Assembly: GCA_030704615.1 (NCBI GenBank)
Contig: JAKLZA010000058.1
Location: 1 to 25,000, forward strand
Reading direction: 5' to 3'
From: Takakia lepidozioides
Taxonomy: Eukaryota; Plantae; Bryophyta
DNA: 25,000 nucleotides
Positions 1 through 9,750 of the stretch are shown here, one piece after another (within the stretch, counting starts at the first letter, position 1; each line of letters opens with the position of its first letter). Under the pieces are notes generated by a model, which was not told where the DNA came from, made no database searches, and was given only the letters and a program-made list of their open reading frames with translations. The position numbers and the translations under genes were made by a program.

Positions 1-582
1 AATCATTTTATCTCAAACAACTCGGCCTCTGCAATCAACTCTTCGTTGTCATCTAAGTGGACTTCCTCACTATTCAAAAACAGACGTGAGAGAGGATACA
101 ACGTGAAAATGAAAAAAAAAAAAAAAAAAAAAAACTGCTGCCTACGATGCCACCTCTCTGCGCTGCTCCCTCCCCCCTGATGCTCGCGCTGCTGCTGCAC
201 ATTGCGCAGGTGGGAGGTGCGAGACTACAGAACCAGGAAAACCAACCCAAAAAAAAAACGAAAAAAGAAAACGCTGCTCCCTCCCTCACGCGCTGATCCC
301 TCTCCCCCGCGCTGAGGCGCGTTGCTCCTTCCTCCCAGTGCTGCTATGCGCTGCTCCCTCCCCCGCACTGAAGTCGCGCTACTGCAGCAGATCGCGCAGA
401 TTGGAGGGAGAGACGACAGATCACGGGAAGAAAAAAAAAAAAAAAAAAAAACCCTAGTGCGGGAACCGGATCCGGAACCGCCACTGACCCCCCGGTTCCA
501 GTTCCCAGCCGGTTCCTGGGAAAACCCATACCCGCCGTGTCCGGTTCTGGAACCGGCTCGTTACCCGGGTGAATTCAGACTG
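1..582. mobile_element. End of a probable hAT-like DNA transposon (continues off the left edge), inserted into the LINE fragment
   Basis: Six GGAACCG/CGGTTC(C/T) motifs in both orientations at 461-556, typical of subterminal repeats. On the minus strand the block starts CAGTCTGAATTC at 582 (alternative start CAGGCTGG at 603). LINE coding similarity stops abruptly at about 585-605. The other end and the TSD are outside the window, so the family assignment is inference. Confidence 0.45.
159..451. repeat. Diverged duplication of about 85 bp (period about 190 bp) separated by poly(A) tracts
   Basis: tgcgctgctccctccccc...cgcgct.ctgc.gca.at.gcgcag.t.gga...gagac.acaga at about 159-240 and 347-435; a third core cgctgctccctccc at 272; A-rich tracts at 112-134, 249-258 and 431-451. 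Confidence 0.7.
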
Positions 583-584
583 GG

Positions 585-1660
585 TAAATCCAGCCCCAGC
601 CTGTCAGCCTGTACACCAGAGATTTTTGAGGGGACACAACTAGTAACCAAATCACGATCCCATAATTCTTAACAAGAAGGGGGGATAGCATAGAAGACAG
701 AAGAGAAATAATGGAAAGCTCTTTTGGAAATCAACCTAAGGGAGTAGACCAAAGAACCGTCCACACAAAGAATGGAAGCAATAGCTTGGAAAGCTCGTTT
801 TCATAATTAGCTTCACGAAAAAATACTTGTTCATTTCTCACCTTGAAGAGACCAATTTAATCCCAGTGTGGATGCGCATGGAGTCCACCCTAAAGTCAAG
901 AACGCTACGAAGATTACACTTAGCCTGCTGCAAGGAGAGTTCCGTGGCAGGGTCAATAAAACCAGCTTCTAACCTTTTAGACAGATCAAGATGCATTTAG
1001 TAAGAGAGGCTTCCCTCTGCTTAGGCTGCAATGCCAAATTCCTGGAAAGAGATTGACTCAACTTTCTACAAGCTTACAGCTTTAAGAGAAAACAAAGAGT
1101 GGGGGAAACTACATCAGCCCCAGATGTGGACCTAGCATACTTCAAAGGTTGTAAGCTAGATTGGTTTTTCAATAGGGAGTTAAATATCCTCTTAGTTTGT
1201 GTCCAGGAGAAGAAACTGAGAGAGAAACCATAGCATGATCAAAGTCTGGCAGGATTGGCCGGGTAGGGGGCTGAGTAATCCAAGACCTAATGGAAACGAA
1301 AAAGTATAACCTATCCAGGCGTGCCATCCCAAGAGATGCGCAAGATCTGTTATTAGACCAAGAAAATGAAGCAGAGGTAGAGCAAACATAGGTGTCGGAG
1401 AGGCCATGCAACATAATGAGAGCTTCCCATTGCATATGTTTAGGGAACGGCAGCGCCTGGTCAGGGGTGCCCATCCTGTGAAGGGAACTTTCTACCATAT
1501 TGAAGTCCCCACCCACGATCCAATTGTCAACCTCAGTGTTCTCAATCATCTTTAGCCTGATGAGATTCCAGAAATCAAGCCTCTGAGAAGAGTCATTCGG
1601 AGCATAGATATTAACAACACCCAAAGTGCGAGCGACGTTAGGAAGAGAGAAAAAAATGCA
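585..1660 (-). mobile_element. Decayed non-LTR retrotransposon (L1/Tx1-type LINE), ORF2 AP endonuclease plus downstream linker
   Basis: ORF 1169..1624 carries APE motifs VVNIYAPN, WIVGGDFN, FSWSN, ARLDR and DH. Downstream, across frameshifts, the minus strand reads W-SLQGE..NKYFF, IASILCVDG..HYFSSVF and VPSKISGVQAD, the usual ORF2 linker before the RT. No RT is present in the window. Confidence 0.88.
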
Positions 1661-1796
1661 TGCCTCTAAGCCAGGTCTCTACGTCTGTACCCAATCATAC
1701 ATGCATGTTTCAAATATCCGAGTGACCATTAGTCATTATAACCTAAAAAAACTAGGGCACTGTGACACCCTCTAAGAGGGTCAACAAAAGGGTGGA

Positions 1797-1931
1797 ATTA
1801 GGGCAAACCTGGCCCCATAGCTGCCACCTCCACAGTAGCTGAAGTCTCTTTACCCCGTCTCCTCGGCGTCTGCTGTGCAGCTCTTCTCGCAAGCCATCCT
1901 CAACAGTCACAAAGCTTCGTGCTATCTCACC
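1797..1931 (+). promoter_or_regulatory. Probable RPS30 core promoter and 5' UTR
   Basis: Immediately upstream of the ATG at 1932. Contains ATTAGGGCA (imperfect reverse telo-box) near 1797-1805 and a pyrimidine tract tctctttaccccgtctcctc at 1845-1864 that could be a TOP-like start. Both matches are imperfect. Confidence 0.3.
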
Positions 1932-3694
1932 ATGAGTACGTATCCCTTCCTTTTTTTTTATGTTGGGGTTTTGCTGCCGTGCTGAGAGCTGGAGACAGTT
2001 GATTGTAGCGTTTCAGTTATTGGAAGTTTGCAGTTGGGTTGTCTGGAAGTTTTACCTGGTGGCCATGAGTATGTATGATTCATTAGTTTTCCCGTGATTA
2101 TCGAAAGTGCTAGACCCCAAGAGTTGGTCACGCTGTGGATCCTATTTCTTCTGGAGAAATTTTCAGTTTGATAGGCTGTGGTCAATTTGGTTGATGAACG
2201 TGAGTATGTAGCTTCCCCGTAAGCTAACAGCTACGTACTAAACCATGAAAGCAGTTTATGGAAGTGTGGATTGTGGGAACTGGTTGTATTAGCAGTTGTG
2301 TTGGAAACAAATCTTGGAAACAAATCGCGGAATTATGAATCGCGAAAGCAGTTTCTACTCGTGCCATTCTAGAGTGGTTACCATGGGTTGAGAGCTTTCC
2401 TCTATCTCCACTTTTCTCAGTGATTTGTTGGGGTACTGAAATCCTTACAGCTGTTCGTGGAAGTTTGGAATAGAGGAGATGTTTATCCTGGCGGTTTTTC
2501 TCTTCCAAGGCTACCTGTGGGATATCAAAGTACAAATCCTCTGCGACCATTTATCTCACTACAAAACCTTAGTTTTTCGAGCCTATTTCGAGGAGTGTAT
2601 ATGATCGCTGGTGGGGTGATATGTGCAGCTCCAGTGTTTGGGCTCACTTCTGCCAACTCTATATCTACCTCGTTCACTGTCTCTCCATCTTGTAATGTAA
2701 AAGAATTTAACGATTGGTACCCTCCCTTATTTGTTCGAACGTGTGTTTACCACATGATTGAATGCAACCTACAATCTGATCAAAATAAGCCATTGCTGAG
2801 GAATCATAGCACTTTAGGGACAAACTATAAAAGACTACGGAATGGCCACAAGGGCTGACCTTTTCTTTCAGGATGCATCCAATTGGGAAAGTGTCTTGTT
2901 TAGTAAATGAGCTGTTCTGCAGCCAGACTCTGATTTTGTAGGAGTTTGCGTCTGTATGTGGGCTTCAGTAGATTTTCACGTCCGCAAGTGGGACAATGGA
3001 TTGAGCAGGTAAGGTCCATGGATCCTTGGCCCGTGCCGGGAAGGTACGAGGCCAGACACCAAAGGTCGCTAAGCAGGATAAGAAGAAGAAACCAACGGGC
3101 CGCGCTCACAAGCGCATGCAATACAATCGTCGTTTTGTAACTGCTGGTATGTGCTTCCTCACCTTAAATTGTTCAGGTCTATCTCTCAACTCTGGTTTTA
3201 CTTGCTTAGGACTCGGTTTAGTCGAGACTGACTGAAAATACCCTAAAGCCTTTGGATGAGGATACCATTGATCAAAGCCTAACCTGGAACTGGGGCTGGC
3301 ATGTACTGTCAAGAAATAAGATCTCTTATTTGGTTTCCTAGAGCTTAATCGTGTAGCCAGGGTTTCACGCAAGTATATTTGTAGCATGTATTGTCTTCAC
3401 AGTGGAGAGCACATTAGTGATTGGATTTGGAGGTTTTCTTTTGGTGTGGATGTGAACTGGTGCAAGAAAAGCCCCTCCTGCTTATGGTTGCCTGGGTTTT
3501 TCCTTTTTATGTGCAGTCTGCACCCTTGTGGCTTCATTCTTGGTGACAGGCCAAGATGAGAAACACGGGGAGGGTTTTAGGCTTCCTGGTTTACCATGCA
3601 AGCTATCTGGTTCCCTAGTGGTAACGATTGGTGTTTGCGTTTTGCAGTCGTTGGATTTGGCAAGAAGCGGGGTCCTAACTCCTCAGAGAAGTAG
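1932..3694 (+). CDS. RPS30: 40S ribosomal protein S30 (eS30), 62 aa, 3 coding exons
   Basis: Exons 1932-1935 (ATGA|gtacgt), 3009-3146 (ag|GTAAG...GCTG|gtatgt) and 3648-3694 (ag|TC...TAG) total 189 nt: [62 protein letters not shown]. All splice phases agree. The 4-nt exon 1 is the least certain part. Confidence 0.96.
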
Positions 3695-4342
3695 ATTGGC
3701 ATTTGGTTGATTCATGAAGTGTCATGGTATCTCAATTTCTTCTGCACTCTCCCCGTGGGTCCAATTGCTTCAGGTGGATGTGGCTGTTGCTTGATTAGTT
3801 TGGTAGCAACATCAATGGGTATGAGAAACTGACAATAAAGTGCATGCTTTGGAGTTCCAACTGAAGATATTTGATCCTGATCTTTTTCCCATTGATGAGA
3901 ATGTGATTGGGATAGAGAGTAGCGAGAAATTTTGTAACATACGAAGTGTCATGTCTGACAGTGCAGTGCACATATGGCTAGATCTGTCTGATTCTGTCAA
4001 AATCCTGAATCTGTTTGCACCTGGAGAATATAGCTTGGGTGCTTACAGTGGGGAAACAGAAGAGGGATAATCATACCAGAAAGCCCACTTTGTTCAGGAG
4101 CTCCTTTAACCCGAGCTGCGCAGGATCCATGTAGAGATCAGGAACTTGATATGGAGGGTGATTGTGGGGAATTTTTATTTTTGCCGTCTGTAAATTGTTT
4201 CACTTGCATGGCATATGAAGTTGTTGTGATTCAAAATTGGTTGGCTAATTAGCCTGTAGTGGAACTGCTTTGGAAAAACTTCTCTTGTCCCTTTTTCGTT
4301 GCATTGTCATAGGAATTTTCTCCTAGCAAAAATTCATCATAA

Positions 4343-4733
4343 TAGAGTTTTCCGTTAAGGGTCCCAAACTCGACATGAGAACCCTGAGTTTGGCCAAAAC
4401 TCGGTATGAAACTCGAAACTCAGGATCAAGTGGCACGACTAGACTACAGAAAAACACGGGACCAAACTGCCAGGATTAGGAAAATGGGGGAAAATGGGGG
4501 TGGCACGAGTTTGGTGTCGAGTTTTGTTAGTAGTCGAGGTGGAGGCGGTCGGAGCGCACGAGCTCGCGCCATAGCAGCTGTTGCCCTCACCCCCAGTTTA
4601 TGATTTGGTGCCCTCTTTTCTGACTTCGTGCTCAGTTTTCTGCACTTTACGGATTAACTCAAACTCAGGATGAAACCCATAACTCGGGTCCAAACAGGGT
4701 ACCAAACTCAGGCTCACTGTACGGATAACTCTA
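4343..4733. mobile_element. MITE-like non-autonomous element (hAT-like), 391 bp
   Basis: 13-bp inverted termini with one mismatch: TAGAGTTTTCCGT (4343-4355) and ACGGATAACTCTA (4721-4733). Many internal AAACTC/GAGTTT motifs. No target-site duplication is recognisable (catcataa vs atgttccc). Confidence 0.6.
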
Positions 4734-5305
4734 ATGTTCCCAAGGGCGCAGGACACGATGTATGTGTGGTAGTCTTTTCCATGATGTAACAGCTGATTTC
4801 GATACCTGTGAAAACAGGTAAAGCGTCTTCTTTTCACGCTGCTATTCCATCGCCACCCTACTATAAGTCCTCTCCCACGAGATTTTTGTCGGTTGAGGTG
4901 TCAGTTCTCAGGGGATACCGCCTTGAAATTTGCACCCGTGGGTCCACAGCAAACTACATATGATCTCCACACTTTTATTAGAGGTTTTTGTTAACCAGTC
5001 ACCTCAGTTGGGGCTCGTATAAAGTATAAAGCTCTACAGAGAGTGATATTTTTGCCCCACTACGTTAGGGGCCAGGCCAGGCCAAGAGTTCACTGGCCAA
5101 GGTGCGGTGGTCTGGGTCCATTCCTTTGGCCTCTGAACTTCAAAAACAATAAAATGTTGGGTAGGGTTAAATTGTGTGGCCCTTTGACTGAGTGTTAAGC
5201 CAAGTTGCCAAACTGACCAACAGAATCACTTGGATTTTGGTCCATTTTGGCCTAGCACAAGTTCGTGGCAAGAGTGGCTTCCTCATCTTTTTGCATTCAC
5301 CCTAA

Positions 5306-6937
5306 ATGCCATTGATCTTCCTTGGGAGACTGTACGGAGGGCCAGCTAGTCAGGTTGATTCTCGAACATGGAGAAGCACAGTACTGTATACTCTGAGTCT
5401 CTGCCAAACGAGAAAGGAAGGGGAGAGAATGAGACAACACATTAGGAACATGACGAATCTGGTGGACAGAGACTTTGAGTTCCATCAGAAGGATTCCACA
5501 GGGTGAAGATTAGTACATCTGAGCTCTAGATGAGATCTGAAATTCAGCTTAGCTGATGTTTGTGTACTGTTGGCATTTTCTGCCACCATATTCTTCATAG
5601 AAATATGCATTAAAGATTCCCTGACACAGAGAGACGCTGGCGGCTGAACGCTGGCGGCTGAACTTGGGAAACATCTCAAAAAGTGCAACCAGGTGGGAGT
5701 TGCAGCGGGTTCTCGTAAAATTTGCAGTTGAGTTTCAGAAGAGATTCAAAGAATCTGACCCAAGCCGGTTGGCATGGGCGGCAACATTCTTACCGTTATG
5801 GACATTACTTGTCGTATACATGCATTGCTAATCTCATTTTGAAGTATGGATTAGCATTGCTTGTTTGTGAATGTCAAGGATTGATAACTCTGCTTGATCA
5901 CATGTGGCAAAGCACAGCCCAGCCTAGTGTACTGGAAGCTCAGCCAGCACAAAAGCTGCAGTGCGAGGCTGGAAAACGACCACATTCCTGCAACCTTCTC
6001 AGACCCACTTAATGGATGAGGAGATATTGGAGACCGTGCGATCACATGGGGTAAAAAGTTTGCAGCTCCGGACAAACTATCATCCTCTGCTCTCTCGTTT
6101 TTGTCCTGAAAGCAGGGCCCAGCAACGCCACGGCAGTACTAACTTTTCCTTTTGCAAACTTTCCGTTGCATAGCTGGATCACCCACCTCATCCGGAATCA
6201 ATGTGGGGCCTCATCTCATAGACTACTCCTGGCCCACCACATGGAAGTGATGTTTAACTTATTCCCTTTTCTGCCCTGCAGAAGCGATGTGTTATTAGCA
6301 GGAGGCTGGATATTATGCAGGTAGTAACAGTACTTACACAGCAGTGTCGTATCACAGTCAAAAGCTCAGTTCTCATGATGTGTGTCAGAGCAGCTGAGTG
6401 CTGGGTGGACGGCGTGCTTCACTTCTAAAATCCGGTGACTAAGTTTCAAAAGTCAGGGGCGCAGCCAGTAGGTAGGCTTTCGCTTGCATTACTCACAGTT
6501 ATTACAGTCTAGGTACACTCGAAATAGCCATTTGCATTAATGTGTTCCCCCATGGTCTCCTCAGAAATGGCTTTTTGGAAGAGGTGAATATCCTACCTGA
6601 GGAGTGAGGACTCTGGTGGAATTGAAAGTGGTGCCTCGAGGAACAATAAACTATGACACACCCGACTTTTTCGAAACAGTCAGGCGTTCTGCATTCACCT
6701 ACCGTACCTTCCAGAGGTCTGGTAAGACCTGTGCTGAAAGTTTGTGGCAGATACTCTACATTTTCAGTTTTATATAGTATTTATAGCCGTTAAAACTAAG
6801 ACTTTACCCTGGTGACCTGATCTGTCGCTGCTATGGATGTGTGTTAATCATCCAGATATTGCACCCTATCTTAATGACAAACTGTGGTAGCAGCATTTCA
6901 GAGATATTTCCATTGAGGACCTATGGGAGAGTAGCTA
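5306..6937 (+). pseudogene. Decayed intron-containing gene, possibly AAA-like NTPase plus PD-(D/E)xK nuclease; ends at the LTR insertion
   Basis: Protein-like fragments: RSTVLYTL (ORF 5306), RLNLGNISKSATRWELQRVLVKFAVEFQKRFKE (5655-5753), SGINV (6191-6205) and TLVELKVVPRG..FQRS (6610-6720). A phase-matched GT-AG intron 6722-6855 continues into DIAPYLNDKLW*QHFRDISIEDLWESS. Many stops and frameshifts. The family call is pattern recognition only. Confidence 0.35.
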
Positions 6938-7332
6938 TGTTAGGTGCCAGGAACGAAGATCGACATGTCAACCAGTTTGGAATAACAAGAGACTGCTAGA
7001 ATATCGCCGAACTGCAGGTAAAATGGAGCAGACTCGCGTGCATGAAGAGATCCAGGACTAGGGATTTTGGAGGGGTGCTTGGAAGAGGGTTGAAGAGAGG
7101 ATAATGGCGTACAGGCGTCTAGAGCACATCTGCATCGACAGGAAATCTGTATGTAGCACGGCGTGGTGGCTGGGTGGACCGGATGCTGTAGCCGGTGCTG
7201 TGTTTAGAGTGTAGGGTGATGTTGGGGTGATGACCAGTCATACCATCATTGTTTCTCTTATGGTGAGGCTGGGTTGATGACCAGCAGACCATATGAGTGC
7301 TTGCGGTGGATGCAGGTGCAGGTGTAGGTTTA
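6938..7332 (+). repeat. 5' LTR (partial; interrupted at 7333)
   Basis: 6938-7225 aligns to 12773-13076 with 11-12 substitutions and three indels (7, 7 and 2 nt), counted by eye. 7226-7332 is presumed further LTR sequence lacking a partner because the 3' LTR is truncated. Confidence 0.85.
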
Positions 7333-8203
7333 TGTTACGAACGTAGTATTAGTCTAAGCCATAGGCCGCAACAGGTTCTCTACCCGGTTACCTTGTAGAA
7401 AGTGGGGATTAGAGACAGCACGCTCTAGGATTGGCCGGTGATCAAATCCAGACCAACCTCCTATGAAAACAAGCGCCCACACAAAACTGACATATGAACA
7501 CAATGAACTTGCTCACTTCACCTTCTTGCTCTCCTCAAGCTTAAATTGAAAGCCACACTTGGAAAGCATGCTCCACACATGCGCCACTTGCTTGGTCAAT
7601 CACTTGCTTCACCAAGAGCAATCCAAGAACTCATAGAACTAGCAAAAGCACTCCCTTCTAGCGCCGCCTTCGCTTGCTTGTTTGTCAACCAAATGAAACC
7701 CCACTTGGCTTCATTTCACCATGGATAGAACAACCACTTCTTAGCTTCTCTTGAGCTACTCAATCCTCCTCAAGCTACCCTTGTTGTACTCCTTCTATGG
7801 TGTTTCCAACCCAAGCATGTGCCGCTCTTTGGCTTCTCTTTCACACCATAAACAAGTACTAGAGCTTGCTCTTGAAACCTTAGTGTTTATCTTCTCCACA
7901 CACAAGGCGCTTCTCTTGTGATACAAGAGCTCTTTTCCAAGCTCTCAAACCCTTAGTGCACATACAAGCACTTACCTTGCAAAACCATGCAAGCTTTATG
8001 ATACAAGAGCTCTCTCCTTAAGCTCTCCACCTCTGCAAAGTCTTGTAACTCAAGAGCTCTCTCCTTGAGCTCTCCACCTCATTGATGCAATGAAAAAACA
8101 CTCCTCCTTGCAACACCTTGCAAGCCTTGTGAGATACTTGAGCTTTCTTACCTCTCTCACTCCTTAGTGTACACCAACACAAGTGCTAAAACTAATCCTT
8201 ACA
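7333..8203 (-). mobile_element. Probable LTR of a second, unrelated retroelement in opposite orientation (871 bp)
   Basis: Abrupt switch to C/A-rich composition. Bounded by TGTTACG at 7333 and CCTTACA at 8203, i.e. TGT...ACA. Internal repeats of caagagctct...agctctc near 7920, 8000 and 8050, with a weaker copy at 8132. The minus strand just outside reads gcttgtgagtgcggag|TGT, like a decayed PPT. No TSD. Confidence 0.55.
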
Positions 8204-8214
8204 CTCCGCACTCA

Positions 8215-9392
8215 CAAGCATAAGGACGAATCTAAGGCCGACTCCCATGAGGCCAAGATGAAAAGAAGCAAGGATGTTACCAGTGAAATTAGAAGATTGG
8301 TGAAATTGCCAGAATTTTATGGTAAGCCATCTGTCAAGCCCGAGGAAATATTGTCTTTCATGGATACATTAGAAGATTTCTTTGAACGACGATTATTCAG
8401 AGGAAGCCAAGATACAGACAGCTGCTCTATAGCTCCGTGATGCCGCCAAGCTATGGTGGTCGTGCCAGAAGCAGGAACGCCGTGAACACAAGAAACCACC
8501 TGTGGATAGTTGGGCTATGTTTAAGACACTGTTCTTAGCCCACTACCTACCTGGCGACTATGTACACAAGATGAAAATTGAATTGTTTAGGCTGAAACAT
8601 GAGACTATGAGCGTGGGAGAGTTTAAGACGAGATTTGAAACCCATGCCAGTTATTTCCCCTCGTTGAGTGAAGATGACAGAGTTGATTTTTTTTGTTGAT
8701 GGCCTCAATGATTCTCTCAAATTTAAGGTCAAAGCCCACAACCCTCGTACCAAGGCAGAAGCATATCGTTCGGCCTGTAATTTTGAGAATGAAGTGAGGG
8801 CACAACGTTCTTCGAATTTTGTTCGTGGCACGACAGAGTTCAAGCCTAGATCATCTGGTCCTTGGCAGTCACCAGCGAAGAGAGGGAATTGGAAGAGATT
8901 TAAACCGTTTAAGAAGGTGGGGGATCAAACTATACGGAGACCGCCAATGAGGGCTCCTCCAAGGCTCAGTTTAAAAGAGCAGGAAGAACACAGGCGTAAG
9001 GGTTTGTGTTTCTTGTGCCATGAACCCGGACACAGAGCTGCTAAGTGTATGAAGTACCCGAATTATCGTCAGGCTCGACAGACAGCCGCCTTGATAGTTG
9101 AAGAACCTGCAGAACCTTGTGCGGCTGTTGAAACTGGGGAGAAGTCAGGACAAGAAAAAGGGAAAGGTCCTAATGTGCGGGTTTCTGCAGCTATCATTGG
9201 AGACCAAATAGAGCATGACCCCAGTGTGATACGGGTTCAAGGGAGAGTGGTTGGAATTCCCACTCAAGTGCTGATTGATACAGGCAACACTCATAATCTG
9301 TTGTCAAAGGATTTTGCTGACAAGTTGGGATTAGTTCAAGAAGACATGCAACCCTGTCAAATCCTGTTACCAGATGGTGGCGTGTTGGAAGT
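8215..9392 (+). pseudogene. Gypsy gag and N-terminal half of the aspartic protease (frameshifted)
   Basis: KLPEFYG..LEDFF, then (shifted) AAKLWW..SWAMFKTLFLAHYLP..MSVGEF, zinc knuckle CFLCHEPGHRAAKC and protease LIDTG (ORFs 8183, 8502, 8668). Frameshifts near 8385 and in the T-run near 8690. Confidence 0.93.
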
Positions 9393-9750
9393 AATTAAAC
9401 ATATTTGATTATATTTGATCTGAACGGTGTTCTCTGCAAAATCATCCGGTCTCAAGGATCTAATAATTATGTGCCTAAATACTCCGAGAACGACTTCAAC
9501 GTTCCTATTGTGGTCATTAGAAGGCAAATTTTATAGGCGGGAGAAATATCGAGAGGTGTGGAAGCATTTACATGAGCGATTCTACCTAGCTATAATGGCG
9601 GTGACGGTCCCCATTTAGTTTTTATTTAACAAATTAATTTCGTTTTAAATATTATTTAAAAAATGAGGACTGCTAGCGTTGTCGGTCATGATTTAGGTAT
9701 TATCTAGAAAACAAAAAGACCACCAAAGCTGACGGTCCCCAATTGGTACC
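9392..9750. mobile_element. Foreign insert of about 360 bp: FCP1/NIF-like (HAD) phosphatase fragment plus a transposon-end-like segment
   Basis: Interrupts pol between LPDGGVLEV and [11 protein letters not shown]. Plus strand 9405-9437 reads LIIFDLNGVLC, then (shifted) KFYRREKYREVWKHLHERFYLAI. The 12-mer TGACGGTCCCCA occurs at 9602-9613 and 9730-9741 around an AT-rich spacer. Confidence 0.6.

Noticed and set aside
790-870. Minus-strand LFKVRNEQVFF as the C-terminal WxxRNxxxF motif of LINE ORF2, implying an RT deletion
   Set aside because: Other frames give the W...GE..KYFF linker motif in its expected position after the endonuclease, so no internal deletion is needed.
3026-3235. ORF-track version of RPS30 (69 aa)
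   Set aside because: Starts at a TTG inside exon 2 and reads into intron 2; the spliced model gives the canonical 62-aa protein.
3891-3962. C/D snoRNA candidate (TGATGA ... CTGA) downstream of RPS30
   Set aside because: Imperfect C box context, weak terminal stem, and no rRNA-complementary guide that I could recognise.
5050-5275. GGCCA-rich stretch as a MITE
   Set aside because: Termini show only weak inverted similarity and no TSD; may be repeat-derived but I cannot support it.
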